53,097 nucleotides of DNA from Girardia tigrina (taxonomy: Eukaryota): the NCBI GenBank assembly GCA_001938485.1, contig MQRK01183785.1:1-53097 (forward strand), given 5' to 3'. Under the pieces are notes generated by a model, which did not search any database, was not told the origin of the DNA, and worked only from the letters and a program-made list of their open reading frames with translations. Numbering within the stretch: the stretch's first letter is position 1; the number at the start of each line of letters is the position of its first letter. Positions 13,196 through 27,000 of this stretch are shown here, piece by piece. The translations under genes and the position numbers were made by a program.

Positions 13196-14573
13196 TAACA
13201 AATAATCTTTTAATCATTAGCTACTTTGTGTTCAACTAATATATTATAAGAAATATTTATACTTCCTTTTTTAGAATTTCGTAAGAATTATAGTTAATTT
13301 TAACGTGTAATTAAAAGTGCAACATATAAGTTGCAAAATTTGATGATTTTCCTAAAATCTTCTAATTTGTTATTATAAAAATTATTAATTATAAATTTAA
13401 TTAATTAATTGATTGAATAATTTTTTAGCATTTTTTTAATTAACTTGTAACGGGATTTTAGGTTAGATGAAAAAAATAACTCAATCGATTTATGAAAAGT
13501 TGTTTAAATTAAACAATTTATTTTTGAGTCATTGGAATATACACAGAGTTTGCAAGCTAATTATAGGATCATTCTTTTTACTTGACTACTCAATTTCTTG
13601 GTTTGTTTTGTGATCTTCAGTTTTTGAATATACGTTATTTTGTAATAAATTTATTTGTTTATATCAATTTAATTTGAGTACAGATAACACCTTTTTTGGT
13701 AAATTTTCCTCAGAAAAAAAGATAATTTGAAATTGATCGACCTCAATAATAGAAGTAAAAAATAATTTATTTTACTCAAGAGAAAAAAATTTATTAATTT
13801 AATCAAAATATACTTAAAATATTAAATAGTTCAAAATAAACGTGTTTTTGTATTTTAGTTTTTAGTAAAATAATATTACAATTACGTGTTTCTCTCATTT
13901 TGCAATAACCTTAACAGCATTTATATAAGGAGTTAAAGATGTTAAATTTTAACCAAAATACTAACTTTTAAGTCAATATACACCTTAATATATCCATTTG
14001 TGACATTTAAAAATGCATACGTTTTGTCTTATTATGCATTCACAAACATAATTAATTTTTTAATTGAAGTGTCAAGACGCTATAAATAGCAATTAGATGA
14101 TCATCATAGCAAATATTTTATAATAATATTTTAAAATATTAAACTTTATAAATATTTAACATTTAAGTCTTACTGTTTGCAGTTACTTCTATTATTATTA
14201 TTATTATTTCCCTTCTAATGATAAATTCTGTTAAAGAAAATTTCACACAAAAGTATTTGAAAACACATTTCTGTTATGATTTCTTATTTCAAACATACAT
14301 AATATAAATGAACTATTTTATTTATAAAATAAAAATTACATTAAAAATGATCAATGAAATTGTTAGAAAGACGAAATCACTTTGGTAATCTAATAAAACA
14401 TAAATTACAGCATTTACAAATTTCGATTCTACTTTTTGGCAAATTTATTAAAATCTATTTACCCTTGAATGAAAGTTTAGTTATAATGACACCATTTATT
14501 GTAATTTGATATTTGTTATCATTTAAATAAGTAATTGATAAGTATGAAAACAATTTAACAGAAAATATATATG

Positions 14574-14683
14574 CAGTAAAACCTCTCTATAAAGTTCCCT
14601 CTTTATAAGATGTAATTCTCTATAAGGAACAATATTTTTTAATATATCGGTCCCAAATAACTTCTTATAGAGAGGTTTTACTG
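14574..14683. mobile_element. pogo/Tigger-like MITE (~110 bp)
   Basis: TIRs cagtaaaacctctctataa / ttatagagaggttttactg; TA on the right flank. Confidence 0.8.
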
Positions 14684-15020
14684 TAAATTAATAATTTTAG
14701 GTGAATAATTTAAATAATATTACAAACTGTTACACAGAACGAAAGTACTTTTCTTTCAAAGTAATTTATTTATCAATTAAAATTTGATTAGAACTTCACA
14801 GATTTGTCCTAGTTTCACTTATAGTGCTGAATGAATCATCGGATTTTGATTCGATCTCACATAGCAAATATGATTTTCACTGTGAAATTCATCAATGTAT
14901 AAATTTTGTGAATATATACATATATATGCGTGTGTGGCAATATTTAATGAAAAGAAAGACCATTTTTATTAAATTTAGTAGCAAAATAAACGAGTTCATT
15001 ACGTTCAATATAAATATATA

Positions 15021-15057
<37 letters not shown>

Positions 15058-15129
15058 NNNNNNNNNNNNNNNNNNNNNNNNNNNNNNNNNNNNNNNNNNN
15101 NNNNNNNNNNNNNNNNNNNNNNNNNNNNN

Positions 15130-15187
<58 letters not shown>

Positions 15188-15328
15188 CTTCAATATAATA
15201 AAATAATCATTCATTGACATTTAGATTTAAAAAAACTATTGCGTCATATGCGAAAAAATATTTTTAATATTTTTATTATTTTAAAAACATTTTTATGATT
15301 GGCTGAATCATCTTGTACCTTAAACATG

Positions 15329-15684
15329 GTTTATGATGCTTCATTAGCAACGCGTTGACAATAATCCTTTCATACATTGTGTCGAAAGTGTTTAAAATCA
15401 CTTTTAAATTTTTATAATTATCATTATGATTACCTTGACATTTTTATGTAACACTTCTTAATAAGTTATGATATTAATGATGAAATAAAAAATTGATTTT
15501 AGGATTACCTAAGATTCATAAAGAAAGTATCCAAATGCGACATGTTTTGAATAAGATTTGTAATGCCAAATATCAAGTGAAGAAAATACTAAAAAGATCA
15601 TTAAAACTTTTGGATAATAATCATCTTGAGTGTAAAGATAGTTTTGAATTTACGAATCGAAAATTGAATCAAACTGTGAAGTGA
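15329..15684 (+). mobile_element. Penelope-like element relic: degenerate hammerhead plus RT N-terminal fragment
   Basis: ORF 15493..15684 GLPKIHK...Y..KKIL...L......KDSFEF is the Penelope pre-RT motif. 15329-15365 reads tttatga-tgcttcattagc-aacgcgtt-gacaataat. Confidence 0.7.
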
Positions 15685-18017
15685 TAGTCACTGTTATCAT
15701 GATTTCGCATTGAAGGATTGGAATTTTCAATCATATCAAAACAAATTTATGTTTTATTTTTTTTTAATTTTGAGGGAAACAATTTGAGATTAACAAACTC
15801 ATATAATACAAATAACTTTTAAATTTATGTAACATAATTTTCTTTTTTAATTTCCATGAAACTACGATATGATCACCCAAAAATATTGTTTTCTTTGAAT
15901 TTCGCCTCAGCTATGGATGTGCCTAAACGGACCAAATCCACCTTTACTTTTGATAAATATTGTTATTTGGTACCAAATGATTTCGATTTAAAACATGTCT
16001 GAAGCATGCCTTGTTGTTTGGAACTGATGAGCGTACAGGTGATCAATAATGGGATAAAATAGTAGATGAAAAGATTTGAAAAAATTATCAAGTGAACTTT
16101 TAACTATAATTAAAAACTTTTATTAGCTGCGAAGGTTCGAAATTTCAGAATTATGATAATAAGGTACAAGAAAAAACGTAATCTTTATTATTTTTATAAG
16201 ATAATGTAATAAAATAGTTTGTAGCAATATGTTAATTGTTGTTCACCTCTACACCAAAATATTTATTTAATAAAAAATATAGATTATATATTTACAAATT
16301 TGCTTTTTGTACTCGTGTAAGATAGAAGAAGACAAGACAACAGAAGTAACCTCTCATTACTACAAAAGGTATGCAAATAAAAATACTTTTTTTTCAGGAT
16401 TCATATAAAAAATTCAACATTGTTTTAAAGTACGAAAGAGATAAGAAAATTTAATAACGCATGCATTATAAAAAACATTTGCCACACAATAACTGATGTT
16501 TTTCTTTACTAGTTATAATGAATACAAAGTTTTTACCCCTATTTTAAATATCTTCACCCACATTTGAATTTAAGAAACAGATTTAAAAAGAGGGTAATAA
16601 ATTAAAAATAAGGGCAACCCTGGTAATTTACAATACTTATCAAAATTTTGACATTCACGAAAATAAATACAACATAAACAGTAACATCTGTTAATAACCT
16701 TTTGATTTTTTTATTACCCTTCAAAAATTATAAAAAGATTTTTTTAAATCTGTTTCTTAGATAAATTTTAGAATGATTACTGATTTATTAAAGTGAAATA
16801 TGAGCTACATAAAACCCCATTGCGTATTATATTTTAATTGTGCCTTGAATAAACGATTGTTGCTATAATCATTACTGTTATTTGACAAACATTCAATAGA
16901 TTTTCCCTTTTAATAAATTCTTTGTTGAAAAAGTGATAAAATGGTAAAATGAGAGAGATAGATAAATAAATTAATTAAAGCATTTTTGAAAATATTATTA
17001 ATGTTTTCTTTCACCATTATCAGCAATTATAATTTTAAAAAGATAAAGAACGGGTAATTAAATAATAAAATATAATAAATTTAAATATTATTGGCTAATA
17101 ATAGTAATTTTATTTGAAAAAAATATTTTAAGTATTAAGGCAGCTTTACTTTTTTCATTTCGAATGATAATTAATGAGTGGATGTGGTAACACTTGTGAA
17201 TCAAAATCCATTTTGTAAAACAGAAAACTCCTCTTATCAAATAGATGAAGATCTACTTTTACAAGACAACCAATGGTCAAGAACCTTCCTAGATCATCTC
17301 GATTATAAGTGTCAATTAATTTAGGATTTTAGATGAAAATTTTTTAATCCAATGTGACCTCTCCCGACTGTACAGAGAACTGCATAAAAACATCGGCGCA
17401 CATGACATTGAATCATAGGTTCATTTAATACAGATATAAAGTAAAATGTGGTCATTCTACACGGTTACGGATGCAGATCTTTTATTTTTCAGAGGTCTGG
17501 TCCACTTTTGTTTACCACTTATGAAAGATCAGTTGTAATCCCATGTTAAATTATTGTACTATCCTTTTGTTGAATCGATCTTCGATGTTCAAATTTAGTC
17601 AAATGCTTCAATTAAATTTATACACCACATTAGAATATAAATCCACAAACCGTTTTTTATGTAATTTTTAGGCTATTTTTTATTTTAAAAATGCACGAAC
17701 TTGCCATACAAAAATGGGTTTGAATGTATGAATTAAATAAAAAAATCGAAATATTTTCCTTATTTTTAAAGTGACAAATATTACTTAAATATAATTATTC
17801 AATTTATTCTATCATGTAAAATATTGTCTTAATTAAAAATAAACACTAAAATAGAATTCAAATCAGAATTTCGTAAGTTCCAATTGATAAAATTATTGAA
17901 GGAATTTTTATTTTTTTGTTAAAAATAATAATGTTATTTATAATTTTTTCATTATTATGTAGATATGAATTCTATTTTACTTATCAATTATATTTACATC
18001 ATCATATAAATGCGGAC

Positions 18018-19247
18018 GGTGACCCGACAGAATAGCGATGACAAAATAGCGCCGACAAAATAGCGCCGACTATTGTTTTTTTTTATTTTCATTTAACTAA
18101 AGTAAAAAATAACTTCCAATATCGAGTATAGGACAAATTACCTCTAACAACATGCAATGTTTTGCATGGTTAGATTTTTTAAATAAAAGTTTCTAAATTT
18201 TATAATTGTATTTATGAAAAATATAAAATATATTGATCAAGGTAAATTCATTGATTCAGAAAGGAAAGTAAGCCAATCAAATTTGCGGCCCTTAAACCGC
18301 TCCTGAGTAACCAAGAATCCCGCGGTAGCCAAAAAATTCAGTAACCAGTGACCAGGGTACAACCTCTAGTGTTGCTGCTCACCTACCCGAACACCATGCC
18401 TTACACCTTTACCATGGCGACTGATCGCTCGCCACCAGTCCCGTTTGAGCACTCCCTGTCGCCCCGAACACACCGCCAGCTCGATCAACACCTTTGTTTT
18501 TAATAGTCTCCGCCACGACCACCGGCGATTTTTCACGTTACGCGAGAAGTACAAATCAAACAGACCATCCTTGACATTGCTCGCGCCCACCGCCACCTTG
18601 CAGTAGAGCAAACCGCTTCACGGTAAAACTCGCTCTCCGTCTCTTGTTCGTCAACAATTCGCATCTCGATTATTTCCGTGTCCACATCGTCCTAAAACAC
18701 GCTGTCGCCATGTTCCTATGCTTGTTCTTAAAATTGTAGCATAACCCGGGCGCTTTCACCGCGCGCATTCGTTGCCTGAGTACCAGACGGTTAAACAGGA
18801 GCGCCATAAACGCCCCTCCGTCCACGCTCTCGGCCACCAACACAAATGGCCCTCTAGATCCTCTCCGAGAACAGATTATACGCGTCCAAGAACTCGAACC
18901 TCGCGTCCCTGTCTGCTCTGACAAAACACGGCGAGATGCATCCATGATCGAACCACATCAGCGGAGCGTCCTATTGTCCCCGACCGCCGTCAATCTCCAT
19001 CTTCCGAATCACCTCCGAGATCAAACCACCGACCCGCCAATTTTGCTCGTCGAAATTGCAACTTCTTGGCGATCCTTTTGGGGGCTCCCCATTGGAAATC
19101 GATCGAATTGGCGTCCTTGTTGATCTTCCCACATTTGTACATATAATACACAATAAATAATATACAAAGCCAAAATTTTAATAATTAATAGATATTAGCG
19201 CTATTTTGTCGGCGCTATTTTGTCGTTCGCTATTTTGTCGAGGAACC
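18018..19247. mobile_element. Non-autonomous Mutator-like element with GC-rich cargo
   Basis: GGT...ACC termini; subterminal tandem cgacaaaatagcgc repeats inverted at the two ends; perfect 10-bp TSD aaatgcggac (18008-18017 and 19248-19257). Confidence 0.88.
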
Positions 19248-19355
19248 AAATGCGGACACATTTTGATCAATTTCGACCGACATACGTTATTTATCTATTA
19301 TTTTGGAATATTATAAATTCATATATTAAAAATAAAAGTTTTATAAACCATTATA

Positions 19356-20303
19356 CAGTATGATTCATAAGTCTGTTCATCCCCTCATATTTTGATTACT
19401 TATTTTCTAACTAAAAATTTGACGTCATATTAATTTTGAATATTTGTTTATATATAGTTTTTTATGCTACACATTTGAATTTATATGTTAAATATTGAAA
19501 TTTTCATTAATGACTTCTTTAAATTTTAGATAAATTAAATGTCAAGAGTATGTAGTGAATTTGAGCGTGGAATGATTGTTGCGCTTAAAAATACAGGAAG
19601 TACATGGAATCAAATAAAGGTCGAACTATTTACAAGATATAATAGAAATATTTCAAAACGTGGAATGCAAAAAATATGGGCGATTTATTTAAAAACAAGA
19701 GAAGTGAAAGATCAGCCACGTGGAGGCAGACCTCATAAACTAAGCGCCAGATCAGAAAGAGTGATTAAACGCATAAGTCGTTTAAACAATGATATTTCCA
19801 CGTTAAATATTACAAGGATATTTAATTCTTCTTCCTCAATAGCCATAAGTAAGTCGACAGTCCAAAGGATTTTACAGAAATATGGAATACGGGCATTCAA
19901 AGCTGTAAAGAAACCTTTCCTTACCGCTAAACAAAGACAAAGAAGAATGCAGTGGGCTTCATTATATCAAAATTGGGATAAAGAAACTTGGTATTCTGTT
20001 ATATTTAGCGATGAATGCATTTTCCAATGTTATAATCATCGTGTAGACGTTGGATCAGACGAACTAGAAATGAAAGGCAATAATTCCACGCTCAAATTCA
20101 CTAAATACTCTTGACATATAATTTATCTAAAAATTAAAAAAATAAGTCATTAATGAAAATTTCAATATTTAACATATAAATTCAAATGTGTAGCATAAAA
20201 AACTATATATAAACAAATATTCAAAATTAATATGACGTCAAATTTTTAGTTAGAAAATAAGTAATCAAAAATGAGGAGGTGAATAGACTTATGAATCATA
20301 CTG
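19356..20303 (+). mobile_element. Internally deleted Tc1-like transposon with ~225-bp TIRs
   Basis: TA|CAGTATGATTCATAAGTCT...AGACTTATGAATCATACTG|TA; ORF 19539..20114 has a paired-like HTH, GRP, KKPFLT and VIFSDE (first D only). Confidence 0.93.
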
Positions 20304-20659
20304 TAATATATCATTATTATTAATATTAATTATAATTATTATTAATAATTTTATTAATAATCATTAAATAATTTTGAAGAAAATGAAATATTTTGATATC
20401 CTTTTTTTAAAAAGTTTTAAAGTGATATAAAAATGAATTAATAAGGAAATAAATGCATAAAAAGGAATTAAAGCTTGTTTTATTTTTTTAATTTAGTATA
20501 TAAACAAATGGTGATTTTTTTTTGCTTTAATTAAAGTAAGTAAAGTAATTAAACTAATTTTAAAAGTCGATATCATAAGTTTTTATTAAGTCTTTTATTT
20601 TAAAACTTGGAATCTAGTTTTTTTTGCGTTTTTAGTCTTTCCTAATAATAATTTTCAGA

Positions 20660-22250
20660 TGTATATTTGTAATTCTTCAAAAGAGAGGATTAGATGAATC
20701 AGCAATGTCGATTTCTTTAACAATTACTTCTGAAGAACCAAAGGGAAATTATAATAAATAGACACTTCCTGAAAATCAAACATTACAAATTTTTGACATA
20801 GGTAATTTTAGGAAATCAATGATATTATATCAAGAGAAACTCGATTTAAGGTGCTTACTCAGAATGGGTGCCTGACAAAAGTTATGATTTCATAAATGAT
20901 TCTTCTGGCTTGTGTTCAATGCGTCATCAATTGCTGAGTGAATATCCTTGTATTTCATATTCACAAAAAAGAAGAGGAATATTATTTCGATCATTTGTAT
21001 TATTCAGACCTCAAATTCATAGAATATTTCAATGCATTTCTATTGCGAAAGAATTCACTAAGTACAATAATTTCCACAAAAGTATTAAAATCATGTAACA
21101 TTAAAGTAGTATTGCAAGTCATCTACAAGCACCAATAAATAATTAAATATCAAAAAAATTACGTAATGAAAAAATTATTCATCTGTACAGAAAACTTTAA
21201 TCTAATAGACAAAAATTATTGCTAATTATTAAAACATTAGTGTTTTGTGGGATACATGTTCTTCCACTAAGAGGCAAAGATAATCAACATAGTCTATTTA
21301 AAAATTTATTATATTTTCGTGTTAATGCTGGTGATTTAATTTAAAAAACCATCTTGAAATATCTTCTCAAAATTCAAAATATATACCACATATGACGAAA
21401 AATGAAATAATTAATATATATGGGTATATTTTAGGAAATAACATCATTAAATCAATAAACAATAGTGTTTTTCTTTAAGTACTGATGAATCTACAGATAT
21501 ATCAAGAGATTAAAAATTGTTCATTGCATTAAGACTTTGGCATAAAAATAAAACCGAATATTATATTACCGAATATAAGTATTAGAAGAATTTCTAGGAT
21601 TCGTTTCACTCAAAAATATGGATGCAAAATCTGTTTTTAGCAAAATGCTCTCATCATTGAAATACTGTGGTTTAAATTGTTCTGAAATAATAGGTCAAGG
21701 ATCTGATGGTTGCTCTATAATTGCCAGAAAAATAAATGGTATATAAAAACTTATCGAAGAACGATGTTATATTGCAAACTTTTTTCATTGTGTCTCCAAT
21801 AGATGAAATCTTGTTGTGGATGATTTCAATGTTCAAGAGAAACAGCCGCATTAATAAATGAGGTGATTATTTTTTTTCCATGAGAGTACTTTATGAAGTA
21901 AATATATTTTACACATACCGATTTTTTGTGAAACACGTTGGACAGACATATATAAAAGCATCACATTTTTTCATGAGTATTTTGGTCTTATTGTAGAAGG
22001 ATATTAACACTCGATAAAAAATCTTTGCAATTGTATCACGTATTCATCTCTTCAATTTGTATAATTTCTCTTCATGTTATAGTGCAGTACTCATCCTTAC
22101 TTGAACCTTTCGTCTATATTATTCAAGGAATTCAGCAAAACCTATGTTCTGTTTAAAGAATATTGACACAATCAAGTAAACTTTTAGAATCATCATGAAA
22201 ATGCCGAAGAACATTTAATGAAAATTATTGAAAAAAAAAATCAAGAAATA
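20660..22250 (+). mobile_element. Decayed hAT transposase (Tip100/ZMYM1/P52rIPK-like)
   Basis: Fragments LPLRG, STDESTDIS, EEFLGF, GQGSDG, HC..NR*NL and CETRW, with many stops. Confidence 0.8.
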
Positions 22251-22269
22251 AATATTTAATTAAAAATGT

Positions 22270-23066
22270 AATAAATAACCCAAAAGATAGATCAAATTGG
22301 TAAAATATGCAGAGCAGGTGTTTAGATCCCACATAATCTGTCCAAAGAAAACAGAGCTAACCGATCCACCATAGGCAACTTATGACTTCAACGGCACAAT
22401 ACAAACTCGTTTTTTGATCGTTTGATCACTGGAGATGAAAATTTGATCCTTTATGATAATTGAAAACGCAAAAGGCAGTCTCTGTCTCATAATGAATCAT
22501 TCCGAAATACTGCTAAGTCAGGTTTACATCCCAAAAAGGTACTTTTGTGTGTTTGGTGGAGTACTTGAGAAGTCGTTCATTTTGGTTTTGTGCAATCTAG
22601 ACAAACTGTGAATGCAGACCTTTACTGTGAACAATTAGATTGAGTAAATTAATCTTTAATTGAAAAGTATCCAGTTATTGTCAATAGAAAAGATATTATT
22701 CTACAACACGATAATTTAAGACCGCACTCCGCAAGACGAACCCTGGAAAAAAATAATGAATTGTAGCTGTGTGGGTACTGCCTCACCAACCATACTTCCA
22801 TGATATTGTAACGTCAGATCTCCATTTATTTAGATCGCTAAAACACTTTTATGTGAAAAAAAATTGAAAATTTGGATGATATTTTCACATGTTTTGCTCA
22901 AAAATCAATTGATTTTTATCGATCAGGCATTGAAAATTTCTACAAAAAGTGGCAAAAGGTTGTTGATAACAAGGTTCATCACATTATTTAAATATAAAAA
23001 ATAATTTAAAATTTGTTTGTTTGAATTTAATGTAAAAAAAACTTCATTACTTTCCGGTCCACCTAA
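22270..23066 (+). mobile_element. 5'-truncated mariner (DD34D) relic
   Basis: IPHNL, ITGDE, LHPKKVLLCVWW, QHDN..PH, P.....TSDLHLFRSL; right TIR ...tttccggtccacctaa|TA. Confidence 0.9.
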
Positions 23067-23564
23067 TATTATAGAATTAATTAATTAATTATATCGAATG
23101 AGTTCAACAACTACTAATATAATACTAATTGTAGATTGTGTGAGAAAAAGATTTCCATATGATACATTTAATAAGAAAATTTGATCCTCAACTTAACACC
23201 CAAACGCCTTGATCTAATTTATAATTTTATAATAATGCCAGAAATAATTATTAATAACCAATATTATTTGTCTCCATATTTTTTACTCTTATTTAAATTT
23301 AAATATTTGATAAAAAATAATTATTATAACAATAAATAATAATAATAATATTGAGCATTAATAATACATAATAAATAATTATTATTATTTAATATTATTA
23401 TTATAATTATAATAATAATGGCAGAGAGAGAATGTGAATCCGGACAGTCGACAAAATACAGACACACCCGCCAGTCTGAAAAAAGATCAATCAATATTAA
23501 TCCACGCATACGAACTCTCTTTTAGAAATAGAAAGAAAGGCATGTCGTTATCACATTATTGAGT

Positions 23565-23577
23565 GTAACCAGGCAAC
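23565..23577. promoter_or_regulatory. Candidate RFX X-box in a GC-richer non-repetitive island
   Basis: GTAACCAGGCAAC fits the GTNRCC(N0-3)RGYAAC consensus; ~370 bp into the putative DYRK1 intron. Confidence 0.35.
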
Positions 23578-23943
23578 GATTCGTTGTCATTAAATTTTAT
23601 AGGATGATGACAGAGTTATCGTCACTTCAGATTCTATATTTATTTTAATACGCAATCAACAACTTTGAAAACATTGAACTTTATTAAATTATCAAAAATT
23701 AAACGTTTATATATAATATTATTTTTATAAATTTTCAAAAATAATAAATTAAAAAAATCCTAATATCAAAAACAAAAAAAAAGAAAATCAAATATAAATT
23801 AATAAAAAAATATTATTTTTATTTAAAAAAATCCATTGAGATTTAAATCAAAATTTTACATCTGAATTTCAAATGATCTTTGTAACACAATCATTACATA
23901 ATACCAAATAATAAATTTAATTTGATTTTTGATAACAACTCAC

Positions 23944-24043
23944 TGTCTTTTAGTTTTAAAATCTCTTCAGATTTAAGTTTTGATAAATCTGTATGCTGCA
24001 TTTTAGACCCATCAACGTTAGTGGTAATATTCAATTGATTCAT
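23944..24043 (-). CDS. Putative first coding exon of the DYRK1 gene (MNQLNITTNVDGSKMQHTDLSKLKSEEILKLKD); whole exon 23944-24171 including 5'UTR
   Basis: ttttag acceptor at 24172; ATG preceded by an in-frame TAA; A|gtgagt donor in phase 1, matching the phase-1 acceptor at 6871. No homology support. Confidence 0.55.
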
Positions 24044-27000
24044 TGGTAAAATTAACGATTAACAAAGTCTCATGGTTGGGCTTCTTCATTTTCAAATTCC
24101 AAATCCAAATCAATCCATGATTGAATGAAATATCCTCATGTTTGGCGATTTTAACAAATGATTCTTCAATTCTAAAAATTCAAATTTGAATTAATTTAAC
24201 GAAATTCAAATTTCGAATATTTTGTTCATTACAAAAATTCAATATTAATATATTTATTTTTGAAAAAAAATCGAAATTTAAATAATTATCCATTTTTGTC
24301 GTTTGATTAATATTTTTATCAATAAATAACAAATCGAAAATTCAATTGATAATTTTTTTATCAATATTTAATAAAAAAGGTAAACATTTTATTCCGAAAT
24401 TAAGTATAAACAATTTAGTGCACGTTATAGTGTAAAACAAGACTAAGGTCGTTTTGAGAAAATAATAACGTTTTTTGATTTTTTTGTAGAATTTTTATTG
24501 AATTAAAAGGAATGATTTATTTTTAATTTTTTGTAATTGCATTTTTTATCAATAGAGAAAAAAAATTTTTTAATATGTTCAGAAATAATAAAAAACACTT
24601 TTCGCTAATATTTTTATTTTTAATTGATATTAATTGTCAAATGAGTTAATTTAAATTTTGATTTTCTGACAATAATAATGGGTTTTTGTAATTGTTTTGA
24701 AATCTTTAAGAGAAAAACTTGATATGTTTGAAAAGGAAAATAATATTAACTATAAATTATTGTGTGTATCCAATACTTAAGGCTGAGTACGTAAATATGA
24801 AGTATCAGATGAATTAAATATATTAAAGTTTCAATGTACACATAATTATTAATTTAAAGCGCTATGTTCCTCTGTATTAAACATTATTTTATATTCTTTT
24901 ATTTGATAAAACATCTTTATTTTCGATGAAAATATGTTTTATTAAATTTATATAGTTAGCATATATTAAACATATTCCGCAATTGCGTAAAAAAGATTCA
25001 GTGATTACGCACAGAAATGTGGTGTAATCGAAATTGACCCCACCATTGGCGGGTCAGATCTTATTGCGTAATTATGTCATCCTTTGTAATATAAGTCGCT
25101 TTACCAAATGCGACAAATGAATGCTTCATCAAATGAATGATGACAATTATGACATTATTATTATTAAAACTGGGTAAAGCGAGTTATGGCCACCCCTTTA
25201 TATCTTGTATTTTTGTATTTAAATATAGTTTTATTTAACCGATGTCTTTTAGTTCTTTTACTTATATGAATTAAATTTGATATATCAAAATTTTTTGTTT
25301 ATTAATTTTAATGAACAACTAATTTCTAAAAAGTAAGTTATTTTACGTTAAAATGCTGACATATTGAGTAAAAGATCATTGATTGGAATAAATAAATAAC
25401 TCTCTAAAATTTTAGAGTATTTTGAACATTAATTTTACGGGTCCTAAAATTATATTCACTATGAACTCTCAACTTATTTATTTAGAATTGCTGTCATCTA
25501 ATTTGCTGAAAAGTCTTCGTTTAGACATTTTTAAAACAGTATTAGTTAAATTCTATGAAAATCTCTTTTTGAGTATAGTTTTTGTTAGAATCTGTGGGAA
25601 CACCACTCGGAGAACAAATATCCATTACTAAATTATATTTAATAATAACAAATAATTATCGGATATTGAAAAATTGATGGATTGAGTTGATTTTCTGATA
25701 ATTTTCTGATTTCTGAATTTCCAATCTGATTTTCAAATCCCGGCCAATTTCTGCTAATTATTTAAACAATTTGTTTTTTTTATTTACTTTACATTAAACT
25801 TATTTTTAATAAATTTATTTAATTATTTCTTAAAAAAATTGAGAAACTAAATTACTAAAGTTTTATTTTTTTGTTAAACCGGTATTTTAAAAAATTATAT
25901 TTAATTAACTAATTTAACTTAATTTCGATTGTCTATTTCAAAAATTTTCCGTTTACTACTAATTCCTAACAGTTTTATTTTACATTTTAAGTAGAGTTTG
26001 TTTTTAAAAACCCAGAGAGAAACGAAGAGAGCCGATTATCAAACTGTTATTTTGAGATGTTGTCGGTTTGTTTAATAAAAACTAAAGGAAATCCAACTAA
26101 CTGAATATTTTAGTGTCTCACTACTTAACGATATTCATTCTGAGCTCCCAGTCATCAGAGATGATGATAATTTTCTAATTGATTTTAATACTTCAAAAAC
26201 TTCATAGTCTCTTAATGCTTCTGTGAAGTAGACCTCAATCATTTGCATTATCAAGGCAGGGCTAGGTCAAAAGCACCTTTGAGTTCTGGAAACCTTTAAC
26301 AGACATAAGTTCCGATATATCAGTTCGGTGTTTGCAGAGTATTGTTATACCTAATTTCATAAAAATCTTTATTCTTAATTTTATTTACAGAATTCATATA
26401 TCTTATTATCAACATAAATATAATAATAATTGTTCTACTATATTTGTTCTAAAGATTGTCTGACTCGAAGTCAGACTTAACTTCTCATCGGTTACCTACT
26501 ACTGTATTAGTACAGCCTTCATCCGATTTGGTTGTAAAAATAAAGTATCTCTCGATCGTATAATAGGATACTTTATAAGCCTTCCCCCGACTGTGATGAG
26601 TAAATGTGAATTACAATTAATACTCAACATTGGGGCACAGAATAGTGAATCAGAGAATGTGTATCAGATAGAAACCATTTGACAAATACAAAGTTCTCTG
26701 ATCCTCTACCACGACTTCGAATTAGAGATTGGCGATTGTGACCCGAACCCGGGTCAGTGATTTGTTACTTCGAGTCGGGTAGGGTTCGATTTCGGGTTAC
26801 AGTTTAGAAAATCGAGTTGGGTTCGGGTTGACAAATATCCGATTTATCACAATGTTTCGAAACCAATATTTTCCTGTTTAAAAATTAAAAGACGTCATTT
26901 TAAAATAAAATATTTTATTGATGCAATATATATTTTTTAAATATTCTGATGAATTTTTAAAAAGTGTGTTTCCTGTTTATTTACGAAAATCTAAAACGTC

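Noticed and set aside
10219-15220. ORFs with IYIYIY or X runs (10219, 10237, 15005; also 2723, 28315, 28412)
   Set aside because: Artefacts of (AT)n tracts and N gaps.
18324-18334. ggtagccaaa match to the 28S R2 target site
   Set aside because: Only ~10 nt; expected by chance.
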